DNA of 64,000 nt from an uncultured Planctomycetales bacterium (GTDB lineage: Bacteria; Omnitrophota; Gorgyraeia; Zapsychrales; Fredricksoniimonadaceae). The translations under genes were made by a program, and so were the position numbers. The notes beneath the pieces are model-generated. The model made no database searches. It was given only the letters and a program-made list of their open reading frames with translations, and was not told the origin of the DNA. The stretch is from positions 339,089 to 403,088 of the forward strand of contig CAZNDZ010000002.1 of NCBI GenBank assembly GCA_964572155.1, written 5' to 3'. This document shows, one piece after another, positions 22,285-33,476 of this stretch (within the stretch, counting starts at the first letter, position 1; each line of letters opens with the position of its first letter).

Positions 22285-25200
22285 ATTTTACCATTTCAAC
22301 ATTAGCGTAATCTTGCATCCCTGTTCCCGCTGGGATCAGGTGACCAACAATTACATTTTCTTTTAACCCACGTAAAAGGTCAACTTTACCACTTGCAGCA
22401 GCTTCTGTCAAGACTCTTGTTGTTTCTTGGAAACTTGCAGCAGAGATAAAACTTTCCGTTGTGAGCGACACTTTTGTAATACCTAACAGCAACGGAGTTG
22501 CTTGTGCAGGCTTACCCTTTTTCTTCAACACAGCTTCGTTGGCTTTCTTAAATTCTGGACGATCAACTTGATCACCGATTAAGAAATCCGTATCACCTGC
22601 ATCATCAATGCGAACTTTTTTCAACATTTGTCCGATGATGATTTCAATGTGCTTATCATTAATACGCACACCTTGCAGACGATAAACTTCTTGAACTTCG
22701 TTGAGCAAATATTCTTGCAAGGCCTTGTCGCCGCTGACGCGTAAGATATCGTGCGGAACAACAGGACCATCTGTCAATTGTTGACCAGCGAAAACGTGAT
22801 CACCCTTGTAGACGTTTGGATGCTTACCATGTGGAATGGTGTAATCCTTGGTCATACCCGTCGATGATTTGACGATGATCGTACGTAAACCTTTTTTGTC
22901 TTCGCCGAATTCGCAAGTACCGTCGATCTCAGAGATAACTGCAGGATCTTTTGGACGACGGGCTTCAAATAATTCCGCAACACGTGGCAAACCACCGGTG
23001 ATGTCGCGTGTTTTACTTGCACCGCGCGGGATCTTTGCAATCAACTGACCAGCACCAACATTTTCTTTATCGTTAACTAAAATGTGAGCACCTGTTGGAA
23101 TTGAGTAGATGCCGACAACCTCATCCTTTTCATCATTGATGATAATTTGAGGATGGAATTCTTGCTTGTGTTCGACGACGACGCGTTCGACAACCCCTGT
23201 GACAGGATTTTCTTCACGACGGAACGTATTGTCTTCGATTAAATCTTCAAACGACACGCGACCCTTAGCTTCGGTGATGATCGGAATCGTGTATGGATCC
23301 CATGTGGCCACAATTGTACCCTTGGCGATACTATCTCCATCGGAGAATGCGATGGAAGAACCTTGTGGTAAATTGTGACGTTCAAATTCACGGCCGTATT
23401 CATTATTGATACTGATCGCACCGTTCCGGTTTAAGACAATGTATTCTTTACCGCGGGCAACAACACGTAATGAGTGATACTTCACGATACCGTCTTGCTT
23501 GACCTTGATAAAGGATTGTTCGATGGAACGAGATGCCGTACCACCGATGTGAAACGTACGCATGGTTAACTGTGTCCCAGGTTCACCGATACTTTGAGCA
23601 GCAATCGTACCTACCGCTTCGCCAATTTCGACGATGCGTTGATTACCTAAGTTACGGCCGTAGCACTTAACACAGCAGCCGGTTGGGGCTTCGCAGGTTA
23701 AGACGGAACGGATACGCACTTTTTCAATACCTAATTGTTCAATTAAGTCAGCCTTCTCTTCGGTGATTTCATCCCCTGCGACAACAACTTGCGTGTCAGT
23801 GACGATGTCGACGATATTATCAAGCGCGACACGACCAACAATACGTTCCTTGAGGGTAACAACACTTTCATCACCTTCGGTGATCGCAGCAACGGTGATA
23901 CCATTAACCGTTTCGCAATCAGCGATATTGACGACGACTTCTTGAGCAACGTCAACCAAACGACGGGTTAAATAACCAGCGTCGGCTGTTTTAAGCGCTG
24001 TATCTGCGAGACCCTTACGTGCACCGTGAGTGGAAATGAAGTATTCCAAAACCGTTAAACCTTCACGGAAAGATGCAGTGATCGGGTTTTCAATAATTTC
24101 ACCAGATGGCTTGGCCATGAGCCCGCGCATACCGGATAACTGACGGATCTGTAATTTAGAACCACGCGCACCGGAATCCGCCATGATGTAGACCGGATTA
24201 AACTGATCCATTTTCTTGAAAACTAAATCAGAAATTTGTTCAGTGGTGTGGGTCCAAATATCGATAACTTTATTGTAGCGTTCGCGGCCGGTGATGATAC
24301 CCTTACGGTATTGATCATCAACCTTCGCAACTTCCGCCTTAGCACCCGCAATGATCTTTGGTTTATCTTCTGGAATGGTTAAATCTGACATACCAATCGA
24401 TATACCAGCTTGGGTAGCTTGAGTGAAACCAAGTGTCTTTACACGATCCAACAATAAAACTGTTTCATGATGACCGAAACGCTTATAGCAATCGGCAATA
24501 ACAGCGCCGATGCGTTTCTTGTCTAACAATTCATTGACGAAACCGTAATGAGGAGGAAGTTCTTCATTAAAGAACACGCGACCAACAGTTGTTTCAATGA
24601 CGTTAGCGTCGGCAACTTTAATTTCTTCTTCCTTCTTTGATTTATCTTTAGCATCTGGGTGAATAACCATGGATGGTTTTTCTTGTCCCCAGACTGGGCC
24701 ATTTAAACGTAATTTGATTCGGGAATGTAATTCAACATAACCATCCCAGTACGCAACTTTAACTTCATTGGTGGAACCAAACAAATGCCCATCCCCTTTA
24801 GCACCATTACGTTCCTTGCTTAAGTAATATAAGCCTAAAACGATATCCTGCGTCGGAGAAACAATTGGACGACCATCTGCTGGTGAGAACAAATTGTTGA
24901 CGGACAACAATTGCAAACGGCATTCCATTTGAGCTTCCAATGATAAAGGCACGTGCACAGCCATTTGATCCCCGTCGAAGTCAGCGTTAAACGCGCTACA
25001 TACGAGTGGGTGCAACTTGATGGCCTTACCTTCAATCAAGATGGGTTGAAATGCTTGAATAGACAATCTGTGCAATGTTGGCGCGCGGTTGAGCATAACT
25101 GGATGATCTTGGATGACTTCATCTAAGATATCCCAGACTTCAATCTTCGCACGTTCGACCATGCGCTTAGCGCCCTTGATCGTATGCACAAAACCTTTTT

Positions 25201-26338
25201 CACGTAATTTGCGGATGATAAATGGCTCGAATAATTCGAGGGCCATTTTCTTTGGCAAACCACATTGATGTAATTTAAGTTCTGGACCGACGACGATGAC
25301 AGAACGACCAGAATAGTCAACACGTTTACCAAGTAAGTTCATACGGAAACGGCCTTGCTTACCCTTTAACATATCGGATAAAGATTTCAAAGGACGGTTA
25401 CCAGAACCTAAGACAGGACGACCATGACGACCGTTGTCTAAGAGCGCATCGACAGCTTCTTGCAACATGCGCTTTTCGTTACGGATGATGATTTCTGGGG
25501 CGTTTAAATCCATCAACTTCTTTAAACGATTGTTACGGTTGATAACACGACGGTACAAATCGTTTAAGTCAGATGTCGCAAAACGGCCACCTTCTAGTGG
25601 AACTAAAGGACGTAAATCAGGAGGAATAACTGGCAATACATCGAGGACCATCCAATCAGGATTGTTTTCAGATGCTTTGAAATCTTCGACGATCTTTAAG
25701 GTCTTTGCAATCTTCTTGAAGTTGGTACCATTTGGATTTGCATCCGTTAAGTCCTTGCGTAATTTCTTGCATAAATCATTCATGTTTAATTCACGCAAAA
25801 TATCACGGACAGCTTCAGCACCGATTTTGGCTTTGAAGGCCCCACCGTGCTTAACCAAGGCTTCTTGGTATTCATCTTCAGATAAGAATTGTTTTTTCTT
25901 GAGTGGCGATGTACCTGGATCAATGACCACATATTCTTCATAGTAGATCAATTTTTCGAGATCACGTAAACCAACTTGGAGCAATGCCGCTAAACGGGAT
26001 GGCACCGCCTTGTAAAACCAGATGTGTGTGACAGGGCAAGCCAAATCAATATGGCCCATGCGTTCACGACGGACAGATGAACGGGTGACTAAAACACCGC
26101 AACGGTCACAGGTGATCCCCTTGAACTTAATACCCTTGTACTTACCGCAATTACATTCCCAATCACGGATAGGTCCAAAGATCTTTTCACAGAATAATCC
26201 ATCCTTCTCTGGTTTCAACGTACGGTAATTAAGCGTCTCCGCTTTTCTTACCGGTCCATTTGACCATGACATGATCACATCAGGAGATGCGATGCGGATG
26301 GTGATACGATCTTGTTTGCTATAATCAATTTTAGCCAT
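22226..26338 (-). CDS. rpoC: DNA-directed RNA polymerase subunit beta'.
   Basis: 1370 aa. [12 protein letters not shown] catalytic motif. Zn fingers. The 3' end overlaps the rpsL start by 59 nt. Confidence 0.96.
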   Translation of the reverse strand: MAKIDYSKQDRITIRIASPDVIMSWSNGPVRKAETLNYRTLKPEKDGLFCEKIFGPIRDWECNCGKYKGIKFKGITCDRCGVLVTRSSVRRERMGHIDLACPVTHIWFYKAVPSRLAALLQVGLRDLEKLIYYEEYVVIDPGTSPLKKKQFLSEDEYQEALVKHGGAFKAKIGAEAVRDILRELNMNDLCKKLRKDLTDANPNGTNFKKIAKTLKIVEDFKASENNPDWMVLDVLPVIPPDLRPLVPLEGGRFATSDLNDLYRRVINRNNRLKKLMDLNAPEIIIRNEKRMLQEAVDALLDNGRHGRPVLGSGNRPLKSLSDMLKGKQGRFRMNLLGKRVDYSGRSVIVVGPELKLHQCGLPKKMALELFEPFIIRKLREKGFVHTIKGAKRMVERAKIEVWDILDEVIQDHPVMLNRAPTLHRLSIQAFQPILIEGKAIKLHPLVCSAFNADFDGDQMAVHVPLSLEAQMECRLQLLSVNNLFSPADGRPIVSPTQDIVLGLYYLSKERNGAKGDGHLFGSTNEVKVAYWDGYVELHSRIKLRLNGPVWGQEKPSMVIHPDAKDKSKKEEEIKVADANVIETTVGRVFFNEELPPHYGFVNELLDKKRIGAVIADCYKRFGHHETVLLLDRVKTLGFTQATQAGISIGMSDLTIPEDKPKIIAGAKAEVAKVDDQYRKGIITGRERYNKVIDIWTHTTEQISDLVFKKMDQFNPVYIMADSGARGSKLQIRQLSGMRGLMAKPSGEIIENPITASFREGLTVLEYFISTHGARKGLADTALKTADAGYLTRRLVDVAQEVVVNIADCETVNGITVAAITEGDESVVTLKERIVGRVALDNIVDIVTDTQVVVAGDEITEEKADLIEQLGIEKVRIRSVLTCEAPTGCCVKCYGRNLGNQRIVEIGEAVGTIAAQSIGEPGTQLTMRTFHIGGTASRSIEQSFIKVKQDGIVKYHSLRVVARGKEYIVLNRNGAISINNEYGREFERHNLPQGSSIAFSDGDSIAKGTIVATWDPYTIPIITEAKGRVSFEDLIEDNTFRREENPVTGVVERVVVEHKQEFHPQIIINDEKDEVVGIYSIPTGAHILVNDKENVGAGQLIAKIPRGASKTRDITGGLPRVAELFEARRPKDPAVISEIDGTCEFGEDKKGLRTIIVKSSTGMTKDYTIPHGKHPNVYKGDHVFAGQQLTDGPVVPHDILRVSGDKALQEYLLNEVQEVYRLQGVRINDKHIEIIIGQMLKKVRIDDAGDTDFLIGDQVDRPEFKKANEAVLKKKGKPAQATPLLLGITKVSLTTESFISAASFQETTRVLTEAAASGKVDLLRGLKENVIVGHLIPAGTGMQDYANVEMVKYANDITINQTSPEHQSQAQ

Positions 26339-26349
26339 TAGATTTCCTT

Positions 26350-29300
26350 TTAGTTTTGTTTTTCGTCCGCGGCGGCGTCAACCTTTACTTCACTGCCTTC
26401 GGCTTTTTCCATACGGATATCCAAACACAAACCTTGCAATTCTTTAACTAAAACGTTGAATGATTCAGGAACGCCTGGTGCCAATGCTTGCTCACCCTTG
26501 ACGATTGCTTCGTAAATACGGCTACGACCGGTAACGTCGTCGGATTTAACCGTCAACATTTCCTGCAATGTATATGCGGCACCATAAGCTTCCAACGCCC
26601 AAACTTCCATTTCCCCGAAACGCTGACCACCGAAATGCGCTTTACCGCCGAGTGGTTGTTGGGTGACCAAGGAATATGGCCCAATGGAACGTGCGTGGAT
26701 CTTTTCGTCGACCAAGTGGTTTAACTTCAACATATAAATATAACCCACAGTGACTTTTTGTGAGAACGCTTCGCCTGTGTGACCATCAAAGACCGTTGTC
26801 TTACCTTCGACAGGTAAACCAGCGCTCTTTAATAAATCACGGATTTCTTCTTCGGTGGCACCATTAAATACCGGTGTTTCCGCATGGAAACCTAAGGCTT
26901 GTGCAGCCCAACCTAAATGCGTTTCAAGCAACTGTCCAACGTTCATACGTGAAGGAACACCTAATGGGTTTAAAACGATATCGACGGAGCGACCATCTTC
27001 CATGTAAGGCATATCTTCTTCAGGCATGATGCGTGAGACGATACCTTTATTACCGTGACGCCCGGCCATCTTATCACCCACTTGCAACTTGCGTTTTGTC
27101 GCAACGTAAACAACCACGCGCTTCAAGACACCCGCAGGTAATTCATCACCACGACGGACACGATCTAATTCATGCTCTTGATCTTCGATTAACTCTGCGG
27201 CTTTATCCATGTAGAAGCTCATGACTTCACGTGCTTCTGAGCCTTCATCGATATCGTCTAAAGTTAACTTGCTAACACGTTTCTTATCGATGCCTAAGAT
27301 CTTTGCGAGCTTGGTATCTTTTTCGTTGTTAACAAATTCGATTTCTTGAGCGTAGTATTCTTTAATTTTGTTGATTTCTGCTGATTCTTTGGTCTTGTCT
27401 TGTTTTGACTTACGTCCACGTTCATTACGGGCAAAGACTTCGACGTTAACAACAACCCCTTCGATACCTGGGGATAATGTTAAGGATGTATCACGCACAT
27501 CTGCGGCTTTTTCACCGAAGATCGCACGCAACAGTCTTTCTTCTGGAGATAATTCTTTTTCGCTCTTAGGTGTGACCTTACCAACTAAGATGTCCCCAGC
27601 TTTAACTTCAGCACCAACGCGCACAATACCTTCTTCGGTTAAGTCCTTCAAGGCTTCTTCACCGATGTTTGGAATATCGCGGGTGATTTCTTCATTACCT
27701 AAACGTGTTTCACGGCATTCACATTCAAAACGTTCGACGTGAATAGAGGTGAAAACGTCTTCACGGACAATGCGTTCGTTGATCAAAATAGCATCTTCGA
27801 AGTTGTAACCGCGCCATGGCATGAACGCAACCAAGGCATTACGGCCTAATGCCAAACGACCATTTTGAGTACCGATACCGTCGGCGATGGTTTGACCAGC
27901 TTCGACTTTATCGCCTAACTTAACTAATGGGCGTTGATGCACGCAGGTGTTCGCGTTAGAACGTTGGAAATTCTTTAAGATGTATGTTTCTTTACCAACG
28001 ACAATTTCACGACCATCAACCTTAGTAACCGTACCAGCATTCTTAGCAATAACCACAACACCAGAGTCACGGGCTACTTTTTCTTCCATACCTGTTCCAA
28101 CGAATGGAACTTCTGGGATCATCAAAGGCACAGATTGACGCTGCATGTTAGAACCCATGAGCGCACGGTTAGCGTCGTCATGTTCCAAGAATGGGATTAA
28201 AGCGGCAGCAACGGAAACCAATTGTTTTGGACTTACGTCCATGTATTCAACTTTATCACCTTTAAGTCTTGGGAAGTCACCTTTATAACGGCAAGCAACC
28301 AACGGTTCTGTAAACTTACCTGTCGCATCGATGGTTGAGTTTGCCTGTGCAATATTTTTAATTTGATCCACGTCTGCGGTTAAGAATTCGATCTTCTTGG
28401 TAACCTTACCGTCGATAACTTTGCGGTATGGCGTTTCAATGAATCCGAGTTCATTCACGCGGGCGCAGGTTGTTAAAGAAGCGATCAAACCGATGTTCGG
28501 ACCTTCAGGGGTTTCAATCGGACAAACACGACCGTAGTGTGTTGGGTGAACGTCACGCACTTCGAAACCGGCGCGTTCACGAGAAAGGCCACCTGGCCCT
28601 AAAGCTGACATACGGCGTTTATGGGTCATTTCCGATAAAGGATTGACTTGATCCATAAACTGAGACAATTGGCTTCTAGAAAAGAAGTCTTGGATTTGAT
28701 TCGAGAACAAACGGGAATTGATCAAATGATGCACGGTCAAATTCTCGAATGAGCTCATGACAACCAAGCGTTCCTTGATAGAACGTTCAAGACGAGCCAA
28801 GCCGATGCGTACTTGGTTTTGAACCAATTCACCGACGGATTTAATACGACGATTACCCAAATGGTCGATATCATCGCATTCGCCTGTGCCTTCACGCAAA
28901 CCAACTAAATACTTAATGACCGATACAACGGTATCAACGTCTAAGACACGATTATCCATCGGAACATTGGTATTTAATTTACGGTTGACGATGTGACGGC
29001 CGACTTTACTTAAATCATAACGCTTAGGATCAAAGAACAGACGGAAGAACAATGTTTCAGCGACTTCAACCGTTGCAGGCTCTGTTGGGCGCATTTTACG
29101 GTAGAAATCCAACAAGGCTTCTTCTTTGTTGGTTGTATGATCTTTTTCTAAGGTGTTCGCTAACTTACTATAGTGATCGCCCAACATCTTTTTCATATCA
29201 TCGGTGTTTGCGAGCCCTAAGATACGCAAAATTTGTGTGGCAGGAAAATTACGACGACGATCAACATACGCGATCAAAACATCGTTTAAGTCATATTTAA

Positions 29301-29814
29301 TTTCAAACCATGCACCACGTGATGGGATCAAGCGACCATAATAAATGCTCTTACCTGTGGGATGGGTTTCTTCTTCGAATGAGACGCCTGGTGGGCGTTG
29401 GATTTGTGAAACAACGACACGTTCATCACCATTGATGATGAAAGTACCGGTGTCGGTCATAAGTGGGAAATCGCCAAAATAAACTTCTTGTTCCTTAATA
29501 TCGACAGGTGTAATCAAACGCAATTTAACTTTCAAAGGCGCTGCATAGGTCATGCCACGACGCTGACATTCATAGCGAGAATACTTTTCTTTTCCGATGC
29601 TATAGCCAATATATTCCAGACGAATCTGGGCGTCATAACTTTCTAATGGGAAAACTTCACGGAACACTTCTTCTAAGCCTTGATCCTTGCGTTTATCCGT
29701 CGGGATCTCACGTTGCAAAAATTCTTCGTAAGAAAGCGTCTGGATATCCAAAAGTTTAGGCAATTCGAAGTTATCTTGGAATTTGCTAAAATTTCTGATT
29801 TTTAATTTTTCCAT
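26350..29814 (-). CDS. rpoB: DNA-directed RNA polymerase subunit beta.
   Basis: About 1154 aa. Start re-set to ATG 29814 ([12 protein letters not shown]), which has a GGAAGA RBS. The track start at 29826 is TTG. Confidence 0.95.
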   Translation of the reverse strand: MEKLKIRNFSKFQDNFELPKLLDIQTLSYEEFLQREIPTDKRKDQGLEEVFREVFPLESYDAQIRLEYIGYSIGKEKYSRYECQRRGMTYAAPLKVKLRLITPVDIKEQEVYFGDFPLMTDTGTFIINGDERVVVSQIQRPPGVSFEEETHPTGKSIYYGRLIPSRGAWFEIKYDLNDVLIAYVDRRRNFPATQILRILGLANTDDMKKMLGDHYSKLANTLEKDHTTNKEEALLDFYRKMRPTEPATVEVAETLFFRLFFDPKRYDLSKVGRHIVNRKLNTNVPMDNRVLDVDTVVSVIKYLVGLREGTGECDDIDHLGNRRIKSVGELVQNQVRIGLARLERSIKERLVVMSSFENLTVHHLINSRLFSNQIQDFFSRSQLSQFMDQVNPLSEMTHKRRMSALGPGGLSRERAGFEVRDVHPTHYGRVCPIETPEGPNIGLIASLTTCARVNELGFIETPYRKVIDGKVTKKIEFLTADVDQIKNIAQANSTIDATGKFTEPLVACRYKGDFPRLKGDKVEYMDVSPKQLVSVAAALIPFLEHDDANRALMGSNMQRQSVPLMIPEVPFVGTGMEEKVARDSGVVVIAKNAGTVTKVDGREIVVGKETYILKNFQRSNANTCVHQRPLVKLGDKVEAGQTIADGIGTQNGRLALGRNALVAFMPWRGYNFEDAILINERIVREDVFTSIHVERFECECRETRLGNEEITRDIPNIGEEALKDLTEEGIVRVGAEVKAGDILVGKVTPKSEKELSPEERLLRAIFGEKAADVRDTSLTLSPGIEGVVVNVEVFARNERGRKSKQDKTKESAEINKIKEYYAQEIEFVNNEKDTKLAKILGIDKKRVSKLTLDDIDEGSEAREVMSFYMDKAAELIEDQEHELDRVRRGDELPAGVLKRVVVYVATKRKLQVGDKMAGRHGNKGIVSRIMPEEDMPYMEDGRSVDIVLNPLGVPSRMNVGQLLETHLGWAAQALGFHAETPVFNGATEEEIRDLLKSAGLPVEGKTTVFDGHTGEAFSQKVTVGYIYMLKLNHLVDEKIHARSIGPYSLVTQQPLGGKAHFGGQRFGEMEVWALEAYGAAYTLQEMLTVKSDDVTGRSRIYEAIVKGEQALAPGVPESFNVLVKELQGLCLDIRMEKAEGSEVKVDAAADEKQN

Positions 29815-29830
29815 TTTATCTTCCAATAGT

Positions 29831-29857
29831 CCTGAGGGGTAGATACTACCCCCCAGG
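29831..29857 (-). promoter_or_regulatory. Stable hairpin in the rplL-rpoB spacer (candidate attenuator or processing site).
   Basis: 12-bp stem with one mismatch and a 3-nt loop: cctgaggggtag ata ctaccccccagg. Lies between the rplL stop (29909) and the rpoB RBS. Confidence 0.5.
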
Positions 29858-29908
29858 AATGATGTGTTTAGGAAATACGACTCGAACCCGTTTAAAGTTT
29901 AAATTAAA

Positions 29909-30310
29909 TTACTTTAATTCAACTTTAGCGCCGGCAGCTTCAATCTTCTTCTTGATATCTTCTGCTTCAGCCTTAGGCACAGATTCTTTGATGGTCTTAG
30001 GAGCTGATTCGACTAAAGTCTTAGCTTCAGCTAAACCTAAGTTTGTGATCGCGCGAACTTCTTTGATAACGGCGATCTTTTTCGCTGCATCAACTTCCTT
30101 TAAGATAACATCGAAAGATGTTTTCTCTTCGGCAGGAGCAGCAGCGGCAGCACCGCCACCGACAGCAGCAACCGCTACAGGCGCAGCGGCTGAGATACCT
30201 AATCTATCTTCCATCGCCTTGACTAATTCTGCGAGTTCTAAGACAGATAAGGTTGTTACTTCTTTGTAGATTCCCTCTAATTTTGGGGATAATGTAGCTG
30301 TTTCGGACAT
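29909..30310 (-). CDS. rplL: 50S ribosomal protein L7/L12.
   Basis: 133 aa. Ala-rich hinge. C-terminal [16 protein letters not shown]...GAKVELK. Confidence 0.95.
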   Translation of the reverse strand: MSETATLSPKLEGIYKEVTTLSVLELAELVKAMEDRLGISAAAPVAVAAVGGGAAAAAPAEEKTSFDVILKEVDAAKKIAVIKEVRAITNLGLAEAKTLVESAPKTIKESVPKAEAEDIKKKIEAAGAKVELK

Positions 30311-30311
30311 C

Positions 30312-30848
30312 TTAAGACCCTCCCTTTTCGCTTTTCTGTTTCAATATTGACATGAAATCTCTTGTTTTGGCATTTAATCCTGATGCAAAGCGTACTAATG
30401 GTGCGTTCATGGTACCCATTAATTTCGCGAGCAATACTTCTCTGGATGGTAAATCTGATAAAGTTTTAATTTGATCTGGATTTAATACATCCCCGTTTAA
30501 AACCCCACCTTGTACAACAAAACCTTCGTAATCTTTCGCAAACTTGACGAGGATCTTAGAGACCTCAGAGGCATCAGAGTTGCTTAAGACGAGCGCTGTT
30601 TGACCACTTACGTAGCCAGACAGGGTTTCAAATTTGGCTTCTTTTAAGGCGATGCGTGATACAGATGTTTTGGCAACATGCACATCTGCTTTTTTGCGCT
30701 TCAAATCTTTGCGCAACACGTTCATCTTCGCGGAAGAAATCCCACGGAAGCTAACCACAAACGTTGTTCCTTGAGTCTTGACACCCTCGGAAATCGAGGA
30801 TGACATTTTTTGTCTAAAAATTTGACCTATTTTCATTGGAGCAGCCAT
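30312..30848 (-). CDS. rplJ: 50S ribosomal protein L10.
   Basis: 178 aa. Position between rplA and rplL. Confidence 0.9.
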   Translation of the reverse strand: MAAPMKIGQIFRQKMSSSISEGVKTQGTTFVVSFRGISSAKMNVLRKDLKRKKADVHVAKTSVSRIALKEAKFETLSGYVSGQTALVLSNSDASEVSKILVKFAKDYEGFVVQGGVLNGDVLNPDQIKTLSDLPSREVLLAKLMGTMNAPLVRFASGLNAKTRDFMSILKQKSEKGGS

Positions 30849-31531
30849 TATAACACCACCTTAATCCCCGGCCCCATGGTGGAAGCGACGGATAAACTTT
30901 TGATCAAATTACCTTTAACCGCCGATGGTTTGGCATGGTTAATGGCTTCAATGACCTGTTGTGCGTTTTCAATCAATTTATTTTCAGCAAAGGAGCGTTT
31001 TCCGATACCTAAATGGATGCCGCCTTGTTTGTCTGATTTAAATTCAACGCGACCAGCTTTGACTTCTTTGATGGTGCGTTCGACGTCGGTTGTAACCGTG
31101 CCAGCTTTTGGTGTTGGCATAAGCCCACGAGGACCTAATACCTTACCTAATTTACTTAAGTCGCGCATCATATCTGGTGTTGAAATGACAATGTCGAAAT
31201 CCATGAAACCACCAGCCACTTTGTCAATTAAGTCATTACTACCGACGTAATCAGCACCTGCGGCTTGGGCTTTGGCTTGTGCATCGCCTTTACAAAATAC
31301 GGCTACCTTAACTTTCTTACCCGTTCCGTGAGGAAGAGCGACGGTACCGCGGACACCTTGTTCAGCGGACTTCAAATCTAAATTCAAATTGAAATGCAAT
31401 TCAACCGTTTCATCAAATTTCACCTTTGGTGCTTTTGATAAGCGATTGATCGCTTCCTGTAAAGGGATCGGGTTTGCAACATCCCCGACGGCTTTACCTA
31501 CTTCTTTCATGCGTTTACTGAGTCTTGACAT
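30848..31531 (-). CDS. rplA: 50S ribosomal protein L1.
   Basis: Start re-set to ATG 31531 (MSRLSKRMKEV). The track start at 31552 is TTG and would overlap rplK. Confidence 0.92.
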   Translation of the reverse strand: MSRLSKRMKEVGKAVGDVANPIPLQEAINRLSKAPKVKFDETVELHFNLNLDLKSAEQGVRGTVALPHGTGKKVKVAVFCKGDAQAKAQAAGADYVGSNDLIDKVAGGFMDFDIVISTPDMMRDLSKLGKVLGPRGLMPTPKAGTVTTDVERTIKEVKAGRVEFKSDKQGGIHLGIGKRSFAENKLIENAQQVIEAINHAKPSAVKGNLIKSLSVASTMGPGIKVVL

Positions 31532-31535
31532 AGTT

Positions 31536-31961
31536 TTATCCCTTAACTTCAATCCCCATGCTACGGGCAGTACCCGTGATGGTGACGATCGCTTGGGCCA
31601 TATCGATGGTGTTTAAATCATCCATCTTAAGCTTCGCAATCTCCTCCACCTGCTTGGTCGTCAAGCTGCCGATGGTCTCTTTACCAGCAGTACCGGAAGC
31701 CTTAGCCAATTTCGCGGTCTTTTTAATGAGCGCGGATGTTGGTGGAGTTTTAATAATAAAATCAAACGACTTGTCCTTGTATACCGTGATAACGACTGGC
31801 AAAGGTAATGGATCTTTACCCTTGGTCTTATCATTAAAAGCCTTACAAAACATCATGATGTTAACACCGTGTTGACCCAATGCAGGACCAACCGGAGGCG
31901 CTGGGTTTGCTTGACCAGCTGGAACATACAATCTAATTTGTGCAACTGCTTCTTTTGCCAT
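31536..31961 (-). CDS. rplK: 50S ribosomal protein L11.
   Basis: 141 aa. [23 protein letters not shown]. Confidence 0.95.
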   Translation of the reverse strand: MAKEAVAQIRLYVPAGQANPAPPVGPALGQHGVNIMMFCKAFNDKTKGKDPLPLPVVITVYKDKSFDFIIKTPPTSALIKKTAKLAKASGTAGKETIGSLTTKQVEEIAKLKMDDLNTIDMAQAIVTITGTARSMGIEVKG

Positions 31962-31972
31962 AATCTTTTACC

Positions 31973-32506
31973 TTAAATTTTCTCAACTTGCCAGTATTCC
32001 AATTCAACCAGCGTCGCACGGCCGAAGATGGAAACACTAACCTTTAATTTGCCGCGATCCGGATAAACTTCCATGACCGAACCGTTAAAGTTCGCAAAAG
32101 GCCCTTGCGCGATGCGAACCGCTTCACTCACCTCGAAGATGATCTTCGGCGAGGGTTTGTTTTCAGTTTCTTGTGTACGCTTTAAGATGTTATCAACTTC
32201 AGAATCGGTCAACGGTTGAGGCTGATTGCCGGGGCCGATAAAGCCGGTGATCCCTGGTGTGGTTTTCACCAAGTACCAGCTGTCTTTGTTCATATCCATC
32301 TTAATTAAAAGGTAGCCTGGGAAAAAGCGACGGGTTGTGATCCGTTTCTTTCCGCCACGCACCTCAGAAACTTGCTCTGTGGGAACAACAACTTCACCAA
32401 CAAATTGCTTTAATGCCGTCGTGGCAATGCGGCTTTCTAAGCCTGCTCTTGCACGCTCTTCTGCACCTGTTTGCGTATGAACTACGTACCATTTCATCGT
32501 GCTCAT
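31973..32506 (-). CDS. nusG: Transcription termination/antitermination factor NusG.
   Basis: 177 aa. WYVVHTQTGAEERA NGN domain. C-terminal KOW domain. Confidence 0.93.
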   Translation of the reverse strand: MSTMKWYVVHTQTGAEERARAGLESRIATTALKQFVGEVVVPTEQVSEVRGGKKRITTRRFFPGYLLIKMDMNKDSWYLVKTTPGITGFIGPGNQPQPLTDSEVDNILKRTQETENKPSPKIIFEVSEAVRIAQGPFANFNGSVMEVYPDRGKLKVSVSIFGRATLVELEYWQVEKI

Positions 32507-32688
32507 TGTAGTATCGTGGTTACTCCTTTTGCAAAGATGACATCAATACCTGCAATAAAAATCCCTAATATCAGTGAAGCAAAAATAACAATCAATGTTG
32601 AATCAATCAATTCCGCACGAGTGGTCCAAGAAACCTTCTTCATCTCGGCGACAACTTCAGCTATAAAACTTTTTGTTTTTGTAATCAT
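32503..32688 (-). CDS. secE: Preprotein translocase subunit SecE.
   Basis: 61 aa, single TM. Position directly upstream of nusG. Confidence 0.85.
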   Translation of the reverse strand: MITKTKSFIAEVVAEMKKVSWTTRAELIDSTLIVIFASLILGIFIAGIDVIFAKGVTTILQ

Positions 32689-32830
32689 CGTAATTTCCCT
32701 AAGATCTTCTTATCCGTGAGCTTGGAAGGAGTCGCCGCCTCCGCTTCGCTCCGGTCGGGCCCCCGCTCCATAAATCCTCCTATTCGTCGGATTTATAAAC
32801 GGAGCTCCTTCTCGCCCTTCTATATCTAAA
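32685..32830 (-). other. GC-rich spacer between tRNA-Trp and secE. It contains a 28-codon uORF preceded by AGGAGG, whose stop overlaps the secE start.
   Basis: Manual translation: AGGAGG-ATTT-ATG (32771) MERGPDRSEAEAATPSKLTDKKILGKLR, with TGA at 32687..32685 inside an ATGA overlap with the secE ATG. The segment 32720-32770 is about 70% GC in a roughly 40% GC genome. Confidence 0.25.
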
Positions 32831-32904
32831 CAGGCCTGGAAGGGCTCGAACCTTCAACGCATGGTTTTGGAGACCATCGCTCTACCAATTGGAGCTACAG
32901 GCCT
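32831..32904 (-). tRNA. trnW: tRNA-Trp (anticodon CCA).
   Basis: Hand-folded cloverleaf: acceptor AGGCCTG/CAGGCCT, D-stem GCTC/GAGC, anticodon stem ATGGT/ACCAT with loop CTCCAAA, T-stem GAAGG/CCTTC with loop TTCGAGC. No encoded CCA. Confidence 0.9.
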
Positions 32905-32930
32905 ATAAAAGACCATTGCTATTAAAGAGC

Positions 32931-33083
32931 TTACTTCTTTGTTTCCTTGTGCATGACGCGTTTGCGACAAGAAGAACAGAATTTCTTCAATTCCAAGCGT
33001 TCTGGCTTTTGTTTTTTATCTTTGGTACTGTTGTAATTGATACGATTGCACTCAGTGCATTGAAAATGAATTGTCTCGCGCAT
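32931..33083 (-). CDS. rpmG: 50S ribosomal protein L33 (50 aa). Absent from the ORF track because it is under 60 aa.
   Basis: Manual translation gives MRETIHFQCTECNRINYNSTKDKKQKPERLELKKFCSSCRKRVMHKETKK. Two CxxC pairs in the L33 zinc ribbon. Classic position upstream of secE. Confidence 0.88.
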   Translation of the reverse strand: MRETIHFQCTECNRINYNSTKDKKQKPERLELKKFCSSCRKRVMHKETKK

Positions 33084-33099
33084 ATTAATCCTAAATGTT

Positions 33100-33135
33100 G
33101 TTGCGCTCCCCCGCCTTCGGCGGGCAGGCCCGCTT
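33100..33135 (-). other. GC-rich structured element in the tRNA-Thr to rpmG spacer. Two overlapping hairpins share the GCGGG segment.
   Basis: cccgcc-ttc-ggcggg (33110-33124) and gcgggc-ag-gcccgc (33120-33133) are mutually exclusive alternatives. No U-tract follows on the minus RNA. Confidence 0.4.
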
Positions 33136-33200
33136 TGATGCTAGGCAAACACGCTTACTAAGTGACGGAGTGAACAGAAGATTTAACTACTATATCTATA

Positions 33201-33273
33201 AGCCCCCGAGCGGTATTGAACCGCTGGCCTCGTCCTTACCAAGGACGTGCTCTACCAACTGAGCTACAGGGGC
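33201..33273 (-). tRNA. trnT: tRNA-Thr (anticodon GGU).
   Basis: Hand-folded: acceptor GCCCCTG/CGGGGGC (one G-U pair), anticodon stem CGTCC/GGACG with loop TTGGTAA, T-stem AGCGG/CCGCT with loop TTCAATA. Discriminator U. Confidence 0.9.
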
Positions 33274-33347
33274 AGCAAATCCAGCCCGCCTGCAGCTACC
33301 AAACACAATAAACAGACACAGTGCTTGGCACAAAAATATGAACCGAA

Positions 33348-33376
33348 AGTATATCTCGCACTTAAGTTGTTGTCAA
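33348..33376 (-). promoter_or_regulatory. Candidate sigma70-type promoter driving the tRNA-Thr/rpmG/tRNA-Trp/secE-nusG... transcription unit.
   Basis: On the minus strand: TTGACA (33376..33371), a 17-nt spacer, then TATACT (33353..33348). This lies about 70 nt upstream of the tRNA-Thr 5' end. Confidence 0.5.
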
Positions 33377-33476
33377 CAATAATCTTTCTAGTTAGTGTGA
33401 ATAATCCAGGCAGGCAACATCCCAACAAAAATCCCGTCGGAAGAAACCAAACCAACTCCAAACAACCCAAAAAGAT

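Noticed and set aside
22848-29300. Numerous + strand ORFs inside rpoC and rpoB (for example 25434..25943, 169 aa, and 27368..27742).
   Set aside because: They are antisense to RNAP subunit genes, carry low-complexity Ser/Thr/Arg-rich translations, and show no homology signals.
29815-31552. N-terminal extensions of ORF-track starts (rpoB 29826, rplA 31552, map 6931, obg 47037, nadD 44204, Hpt 59483, rpsQ 13114).
   Set aside because: The track uses TTG/GTG or upstream in-frame codons. Conserved N-termini with ATG and RBS lie downstream. Starts were re-set and the extensions are not treated as real.
32889-33161. + strand 90-aa ORF.
   Set aside because: It is antisense to the clearly recognisable rpmG (L33) and overlaps tRNA-Trp.
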